DNA of 64,000 nt from Scenedesmus sp. PABB004 (Eukaryota): the NCBI GenBank assembly GCA_014905635.1, contig CM026547.1:2666001-2730000 (forward strand), in the 5' to 3' direction. This document shows positions 56,975 through 64,000 of the stretch, piece after piece. The stretch's first letter is position 1. Every line of letters begins with the position of its first letter. The position numbers and the translations under genes were made by a program. Below the pieces are notes generated by a model that worked only from the letters and a program-made list of their open reading frames with translations, was not told where the DNA came from and did no database searches.

Positions 56975-59900
56975 ATGGCGGGCCCCCCGCCCGACGAGGA
57001 CGCCCTGCCAGCGCTCCTGAGCGGCTCCGACGACGAGGATGCGGTGGAAGATGCGGCCTTTGCAGGTGCTGGCGCGCGCAGCGGTCAGGGCGCTGACTGC
57101 GCCGCGCCGCGCCGCTTCCGCTGCTTCCGCGCGCGCCCGCCGCCGCACGGACCACCCGCTCCTGCCCGCTGCGTGCAGTCGACACGGACACGGACATGCC
57201 CGACCTGGCGGAGAGCGACGCCAGCAGCGACGCCGACGACGCCGACGCGGCGCCGAGCGGCAGCAGCAGCGACGACGCGGCGCCGCTCCAGCCGCGCTCC
57301 GGACGCGCGCTGCCCGCGGGCGCCAACCCCAGCAGCCGCATCTGGCAGGTCCCCGAGGGCACGGACGAGCACATGCACGCGCTGGGCCCCGCGCCCGACG
57401 TCGACGAGCGCGGCGCCGCGACGGGCGCCGCCGACGGCGGCGCGGCCATGATGCAAATCTTCGCGGGCCCCGCGGGCGGCGCCGGGCCCCACGTCGTGCT
57501 CAGTGAGTTGGGCGGCTGCGCGGCGCTGCGGGCGGGGCTTGCGGCTGGCCGCGGGCGGGGCGGGGCTGGGTGAGCTGGGCGCGGCAGCGGCCCCGCGCCA
57601 ACACGAGCGTGCGTGCGCGCGCACCGCCGCCGCGCAGGCGTGCCGCTGCCCGCCTCGCTGCTGGGCAGCCTGGGCGCCCTCAGCGGCGGCACCGGCAACG
57701 GCGGCGGCGCCGGCCGCGGCGCCAGCGGCGGCCGCGGTGCCAGCAGCGGCCGCAGCGCCAGCCGCGGCGCTGGCAACGGCGGCGGCGGCGCTGACGGCGG
57801 GCAGCGTCAGCTGCGCCAGGCGATGGAGTCCGTGCTGACGCCGATGCTGCAGGGCGTGTTCATGAGCGCTCTGCGCGGCAGCGGCGGCGAGCCCGCGGCC
57901 GCGGCCGGGCCTGCGCCCCCGCCCCGCCCGCGCCCGCGGCCGCGCCGGCGGGCGCGAGCGGCGCTGCCGACAGCGACGAGGGCAGCCCGCCCCCTGGCCC
58001 ACGCGTCGTGCTGCGCGCACGACGCACGCGGGCGCGCGCCAGCGCCGCGGCCGCCGTGGCCAGCGGGCCGGGCGGCTTCACCTTCAGCGCCATGCCTGAG
58101 CCGGCGCCCGCGGCGGCGGCGGCGGCTGTGGCGGTCGCGCCCGCTGCGGCGGAGCAGGCGGCGCCGCGCAGCGCCAGCTGGTGGCCGCCCTGGCAGCTGC
58201 TGGCGTCGGGCCTGCGCCTGCTGCAGCGGCTTGTGGGTGGCGCGGCGAGCGCCAGCAGCGCCGGCGCCTCTGCAGCGACCGCCAGCGCCGGAGCGGCCGG
58301 CGCGGCCGTGGCGGCCGCGCTGCCTGCGCCCGCGAGCGCCGCTGCGCAGCCCAGCAGCTTCGCGCTGCCCGGCGCGCTTGCGAGCCTGCCCTCGTCGCCG
58401 GAGCCGAGCTCGCCCGTTGCGGGCTACGCGATGGGCGCCGCGGACCGCAGCGCGGGCGCCGTGCACGGCGGCCGGCGTGGTGCCTCCCAGCTGCGCCGCC
58501 CGCTGCGGCGGCGGCAGCAGCAGCAGCAGCAGCAGCAGCGGCAGCAGCAGGACGAGGAGGACGCCAGCAGCGAGGACTGCAGCCCCGACAGCAGCCCTCC
58601 ATGGCCGGCGCCGGCGCCCGTCTGGCCAGCAGCGCCTCTGCCCGGCGCGCAGGCGAGCAGCAGCAGCGGCAGCGGCAGCGGCAGCGGGGGGAGGGGAGGC
58701 AACAGAAACAAGCGCAGCAGGCCCTGGTCATCGCCCTCAGCGCCAGCCAGCAGCGGGGCAGGCAGCTCTGCGGCTGCGGCTGCAGCCGCCCCGGCGCCCG
58801 CTGCTCTGCAGCCGGCAGGCGCGCCGACGGGCTGCGCAGCCGCCGCCATGGGCACGGGGGAGGACGGCCGCAGCCGCGCGCCGCCGCAGCCGGCTGCGGC
58901 CGCCGCAGCTGGGGGCGGCTCGGACAGCGAGTCGCTGCCGCCGCTGGGCGAGCCAGAGGACTCGGACGTGGAGCTGTGCAGCTCTGAGCTCGAGCCCCGG
59001 CGGCTGGAGCAGCAGCAGGCGGCGGCTGCGCCGGGCTCACCCCGCTCGGTCGCGAGTAACGCCAGCATGCCCGGCCTGGTATCGGAGCCCGGCACTGACA
59101 GCGACGACCTGCCCGAGCTGGAGGCTGCGGCGAGCGACAGCGATGACGGTGACGCCCCAGCGGAGCCCGCGGCGGCCACGGGTCGGGGCGCCGGCTCTGG
59201 CCTCGCGCGCGGCTTCCTGGGCGGCCCGCTGCAGCGCAGCGGCTGGAGCGGGGGCGAGCGCGCAGCGGGCGCGCACAGCCAGCGCAGCGACGAGGGCGAC
59301 GAGGACGAGGACGACGACGAGGACGAGGACGGCGATGACTGGGAGGGCAGCAGCTGGCGCACGGCGTCCGACAGCGAGGTGGACGAGGAGGAGGATGAGG
59401 AGGAGGACGAGGAGGACGAGGAGGACGACTGCCAGTGCGGGGAGTGCGTGCTGCGGCGCCTGACGGCGCAGCTGTCGGGCGGCGGCCTCTCGTTTGCCAC
59501 CATGGTGCTGGGCACGCCGCTGGGCGCCGCGCCCGGCGGCGGCGGCGCCGCGGCGCCGGTGTTTAGCCGGCCGCGCAGCAACGCGTTTGTCGCGCCCGGC
59601 GGCCGCGCGGCCGCCGCGGCAGCGGCCGCCGGCGGTGGCGGCGCCCGCGCGGCGCCCGCGCCGCCGCCGCGCACGGCCAAGGGCCTGCCGCCGCTGGCGC
59701 GGCCGCGCGGCAGCCAGCGCGGGGCGGCGGCCGACCTGGTGCCGGCGGACGTGGCGGCGGCGCGCGTGCGCGCGCTCCGCGAGGCGCTGTCGGACGAGCG
59801 CTACACGCAGGCGCTGCTGGCGGGCCTGCCGGGCGTGGACGCGGGGCACGCGGCCGTGGTCGCGTCGCTGGAGCTGCTGCGCGGCAAGGCCTGGGTGCTC

Positions 59901-60047
59901 GCGCGCGCCGCGAGCCCCGTCCCCCCGGGGGCCGCCAGGCGCGGCCGCCGCGGCGCGGCGGCCGAGGCGAACGAGGACAGGCTGGCCGCGGCCAACACGG
60001 CGCGCGCCAAGGCGCTGGTGCGGCGCTTCTCGCCCTCGCGCTGGTAG
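56975..60047 (+). CDS. Large acidic, largely disordered protein with a short ordered C-terminal module
   Basis: Spliced 5' exons (GT-AG near 57067-57178 and 57503-57637); D/E tract; C-terminal LSDERYTQALLAGLPGVDAGHAAVVASLELLRG. Confidence 0.65.
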
Positions 60048-60385
60048 CGGCACGCGGCGTGCCGGGCGGGCGCGGGCGCGGGCGCGGGCTGGCCTGGCCG
60101 TCCGCCGCTGGCGCCGTCGGCGGCCGCTGCAGCTGTGTGCGGCTGTCGAGGCAGGCGTTTTTTTTGCGGCAACCGCGGTCGCCTGCGTGCACAGGAGGGT
60201 GTGCGTGCTCTCGTCGAGCGTGCTCTCGCGTTGGCGTTGAGTTGCCCCCAGGTCAGGCCTTTGAACGAACGCTCCAGGGCGCAAGCCGCGCGCGCGCCAG
60301 CAACGCGCGCCCAGCCCCCGCCGCAGCCACGCCGTCCGTGCGCTCAGCGCAGATATCCCCCCCCCCCCCCCCCCGGGGCGCCGCC

Positions 60386-60883
60386 TCATTGCTGGCCGCC
60401 GCCCGCGCCAGCAGCCTGCTGCTGATCGCCCTCCGGCGCCGCGCCCGCCTGCTGCTGCTCGCGCCGCTGCTGCAGGTAGCGCAGCAGCCGCGCGGCGCCT
60501 GCCGCGAGCGCCGCGCCGACGGCCAGGCTGGGCGCGTGGAGTACGCGCTTCTTGCGCAGCCGGCGCACCTGCGCGCGCAGGTGCGTGTTGTCGGCGCGCA
60601 CGGTGCTGAGCTCCTGCTTCAGGCCCTCCACCTTCTTGCGGTACGCCTTCTGGTAGTTCTGGATCGTGCGGTTCATCTGGGCGCCAGCAGGGCGGCGGCC
60701 GCGGCGCGTGTGTTTCGCAGGAGCGAGCGCGGCCGCCCCTGCCGGTGCACTCGCCGCCGCTGCTGCCGCCGGGCGCCGCACCTGGCTCTTGGTGAGGTCG
60801 CAGCGCGGGCACGCGGGCGGCGCGGCGAAGCGCGAGCGCCCGCCGTCCTCATCCGGCGGGGGCTTGCTCTGGCCCCACGCCAT
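60386..60883 (-). CDS. Small coiled-coil protein with CxxC and a hydrophobic C-terminal segment, 2 exons
   Basis: MAWGQ..CPRCDLTKSQ|MNRTIQNYQKAYRKKVEGLKQEL..LAVGAALAAGAA. Confidence 0.65.
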   Translation of the reverse strand: MAWGQSKPPPDEDGGRSRFAAPPACPRCDLTKSQVRRPAAAAAASAPAGAAALAPAKHTRRGRRPAGAQMNRTIQNYQKAYRKKVEGLKQELSTVRADNTHLRAQVRRLRKKRVLHAPSLAVGAALAAGAARLLRYLQQRREQQQAGAAPEGDQQQAAGAGGGQQ

Positions 60884-61202
60884 GGCGGGCGCGGCGCCGG
60901 GCGGCGGCGGCCGCTGCTCGCTGCCCGCGACGGCTGCGCGCGGCGGGGGAGGCTTGCGGCCGCGGGCTGCTGGTCTGGGGGATATGGGGCGCGTGCGATA
61001 CCACACCGGCAGCGGGGGCGGGCTGCCTTGGGGGTGGCGGCGGCGCCGGCGAAGAGAGCCCCGACCGTTGCGCTGCCGCGTGAGCGCACTCGCCTCCGCG
61101 TGAGCGCCCGGCGTCCGGTCCCGAGACCCACACTCACGTCCTCAGCGGGCCCTCCCGACCGCGAGCCGGGACGCGCCAACCCGCTCCAGCAGCTGGCACG
61201 CG

Positions 61203-61937
61203 ATGCAGGCCCGGCGGGCCGCTCCCGCGCGGCTAAAGGGCCACACGCCTGCCAAGGCAGCTCTACCGACATGCATGCGCCCGCCAGTGCGCCGGCGCGG
61301 CCCGGCAGCAGCGGCGGCGTCAGCAGCGGCGCCGATGCCCGGCAGCCCGCGCGGCCTGGCGTCTAGCAGCTGGGACCAGGCGCTGGCGGCATGCACTGGG
61401 TCGGCGTCGGCGGCGGCGCCGATGCCGGGCAGCCCGCTGGCGTCCAGCAGCTGGGACCGGGCGCTGGCCGCACGCACGGGGGCGCCGCCCGGCGGCGACG
61501 CGCAGCAGCCGCTGCCGCTACCTGCGCGGCCAGGCGGCGGCGCGGCGTCGTCGGAGGAGAGCGAGCTGCTGTGGGCGGGGTACAGCGACCTCGCCGACCA
61601 GCTGCGCCGCCTCTCGGCGCGGCACGAGGCGCTGAGCAGCCAGCTGGGCGAGGCAAACGCGAAGCTGTCGGCGGTGCAGGCCGCGCAGGCGGGCGGCGTG
61701 CCGGCGGGCGCGTGGCAGGCGGCGAGCTTCCTGGTGCTCTTCCTGGGGTTCATCAACCTCATGGGCCTGCTCGCCAACCTGCACCTCGGCCTCTTCCTGC
61801 CCTGGGCGGCCAAGCCCCAGGGCGTGCTGCTGGTCAAACAGCTGCTCGGCACCGCGCTGCCGGCCACAAACACCGCGGTCGTGCTCATCTTCTGCCTGCA
61901 GGCGGTCAAGGCCGCCTGGGCGGTCCTGCGCTGGTGA
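61203..61937 (+). CDS. Intronless coiled-coil plus C-terminal multi-TM hypothetical protein
   Basis: 244-aa ORF; hydrophobic FLVLFLGFINLMGLLANL and VVLIFCLQAV; TGTAA at 62044. Confidence 0.7.
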   Translation: MQARRAAPARLKGHTPAKAALPTCMRPPVRRRGPAAAAASAAAPMPGSPRGLASSSWDQALAACTGSASAAAPMPGSPLASSSWDRALAARTGAPPGGDAQQPLPLPARPGGGAASSEESELLWAGYSDLADQLRRLSARHEALSSQLGEANAKLSAVQAAQAGGVPAGAWQAASFLVLFLGFINLMGLLANLHLGLFLPWAAKPQGVLLVKQLLGTALPATNTAVVLIFCLQAVKAAWAVLRW

Positions 61938-62043
61938 GCGCGGCGCGGCGGGCGGCCGCGGTCGTGACGGCTGCGCGTGCGGCAGCGTGACCGCACGCGT
62001 TCGGCGGCGGTCGGCGCGTGGTGAGCCTCGCGGCGCACGAATT

Positions 62044-62048
62044 TGTAA
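62044..62048 (+). terminator. TGTAA polyadenylation signal
   Basis: About 107 nt after the 61937 stop. Confidence 0.65.
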
Positions 62049-62091
62049 CAACATTGATTGCGTCGGCGGCCTGGTGGCAGCCCGTCCGCCT

Positions 62092-62121
62092 TGCCCAAAA
62101 CTGCCCAAAACTGCCCAAAAC
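62092..62121. repeat. 10-bp tandem repeat TGCCCAAAAC x3 between convergent 3' ends
   Basis: Directly visible. Confidence 0.9.
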
Positions 62122-62232
62122 TTGAGCCACCGGTGCTTCAGGCGGCGTGGATTCACTGACGCGCGTTCACGCGAGCGCGCGGTGCGCGCGCTCCTTGTTC
62201 GAGTACCGCCGCCGCACAGCGCAGGGCACAGC

Positions 62233-63456
62233 TCAGCCCTCGATCAGCTTTGTGCGGTACCCCAGCGGCGAGGTCTTGATCGACAGCAGCTCCACGTCCA
62301 CCGTGAGCGTCGCGTCGCCCGGGATCTCGCCCAGCCCGCGCTTGCCGTAGCCCTGCGGCCGAGGCGGCGCGCGGCGCGGCCTCGGCCGCCCGCCCGCGCC
62401 CGCCGCAGCGTGCCGCAGCACGCGGCACACGCCGCGCCGCGCCGCGCCGCGCACCAGGTTGGGCGGCACCAGCAGCCGCCGCTGGCCGCCCACGCGCATG
62501 CCGCGCACGCCCTGGCGGTCGGCAGCAGGCGCGCGTGAGGGGCGGCGCGGTGGCGGCGGCGGCGGTGCGGCGGCGGTGCGGCGGCAGCGCCCCGGCCGCG
62601 CCGCACCAGGTCGATGCCCGGCAGCGTGCTGCCTGGCGCGCCCGCGGGCTGCCCCACGTCAAACCCCAGCGGGTTGCCGCCCGTCACGCCCATGCCCTGC
62701 CTGCGCAGCGGCGGGCGCGATGGCGCGGCGGCACTCGCGCGTCGCACCGGCCGCGCCCGGCTCCATGCCCCCTGTCCGCCCCGCGCTCTCGCGCGCGGCG
62801 CGCCCGCGCCGCCGCGCTGCGGCCCCGCCTCGCCGGCCCCGCCACGCCGGCCCCGCCGCGCCGGCGTGCGTGCGCGCGCGCGCGCGGGCGCACTGGCGCA
62901 CCTGCTGGTCATGAATGTCACGCCGCGCCACTTGACGTCGATGTGCACCGCCACGCGCTCGCCGACGCGCGCCTCGGCGCCCGAGCCGACCGTGATGTCA
63001 AACAGCTTGAGGCCCTCCGGGCCGTCCGAGTACTCGGACTCGGGGATCTTGCGCCGCTTCTTCGCCAGCTCCTTCTTGAAGCCCAGCGGGTTGGACGTGA
63101 TCGCGCCCGCGCGCGCCGGCGCCGCGAGCTGCGCGGCGCCGGCCAGCCCGACCGCCGCGCCCAGTGCCAGGAGGCCGCGCCGCGTGTGCGCCGCGTCTGC
63201 GCCAGGTGCGGCGGGGGAGTTGGCCGCGGCCGGCTGGTGGCGCGGCTGGCAGGTGGCGTGGCCTCGCCTTTTGGCCGGGCAGGCGCGGCGTGGCAGTGCC
63301 GCGCGCACCCGCTGCTGCTGCTGCTGCGCTCGCGTCGGCGGGCAGGTGCACGCGCTCCAGGGCCGGAAGCCGCGGCGAGCTGAGCGCGAGAGGGGTGGGT
63401 GCGGCAGGCGCAGGGCGGGCGCGCGCCAGCGCGGGCGGCGGCGGCGGGCGCAACAT
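62233..63456 (-). CDS. FKBP16-4: Thylakoid-lumen FKBP-type immunophilin; start uncertain
   Basis: Tat signal TRRGLLALGAA..ARA; KWRGVTFMTSR|QGMGVTGG..GFDVG, GMRVGGQRRLLVPPNL|GYG, VELLSIKTSP..IEG. Confidence 0.88.
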
Positions 63457-63668
63457 CCCGAGCGCGGCGCCGGCGCGCCGGTGCCGATGCGCTTGCTGGC
63501 TGGCTGGCGGTGCGGCCAGGCGTTCTGCAGTGCGTGTGAGAACACAACGCGCCCGCACATTGTCTGGCATTGTCAGTGATTGTGAAACGCGTCGCTCGCG
63601 GCGTCCGCGCCCAGGCGTCGCGCGGCCGCGCGCCGCCGCCAGACCCGCCGACCAAGACGCGTGCCGCG

Positions 63669-64000
63669 ATGCAGTGCCTCACGTGCAACAGCGCCCTCGC
63701 TCGTCAGCGGCGCCCAGCAGCGGCGGCGCGGCGGCGCGGCAGCAGCGGCAGCGGCGCGCCAGCGGCGCGGCCACAACTCCCGGGCGGCGCGCGCCGGCGG
63801 CAGCTGCCCCCAGCGCGCGCGGGCGAGGGCGGCGGGCTGTTTGGCGGCCTGTTCAGCGGCGGTGGCGGCGGCAAGCCCGCCGCCGCTGCGGCGCCCGCGG
63901 CGGCGGCGCAGGCGCCCGCGGCGGCGGGCACGCCGGCGTCGCCGGAGCTGCCGCCGTATCAGGTGCTGCGCAGGGGCGGCGGCTACGACCTGCGGCTGTA
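63669..64000 (+). CDS. SOUL heme-binding family protein with transit peptide, 3' partial
   Basis: Open from ATG 63669 to the window end, ending ELPPYQVLRRGGGYDLRL(Y), typical of a SOUL domain start. Confidence 0.65.
   Translation, partial: MQCLTCNSALARQRRPAAAARRRGSSGSGAPAARPQLPGGARRRQLPPARAGEGGGLFGGLFSGGGGGKPAAAAAPAAAAQAPAAAGTPASPELPPYQVLRRGGGYDLRL

Overview
Gene-dense, intron-rich, very GC-rich (about 80% by eye) eukaryotic nuclear DNA, most consistent with a chlorophyte green alga: short spliceosomal introns, TGTAA poly(A) signals, and plastid/thylakoid and axonemal genes. About 29 protein genes can be traced by manual splicing; most long ORF-track entries are GC-driven shadow frames. Housekeeping genes include a TBC Rab-GAP, TruA, dynein LC8, uL13m, Gemin2, CASC1/IC97, SEX4, HPAT, a TCP11-family protein, SLC35F, a SET protein, ZIP, PCH2, a CAT transporter, FAH, FKBP16-4 and a SOUL protein. 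Highlights: (1) a five-exon nuclear gene encoding a T4 gp21-type phage prohead maturation protease with intact catalytic motifs and no capsid genes nearby; (2) beside it, a ~595-bp inverted duplication around a whole 4.6-kb gene, with a second 13-bp inverted match at the other junction, fitting a recent inversion that duplicated a bidirectional promoter; (3) a SEX4 gene whose phosphatase+CBM unit is duplicated in frame; (4) an apparent excess of GC-AG introns; (5) a duplicated PCH2 3' end bracketing the CAT gene; (6) two convergent CDSs overlapping at their stops. All homology calls come from motif recall, not database searches.
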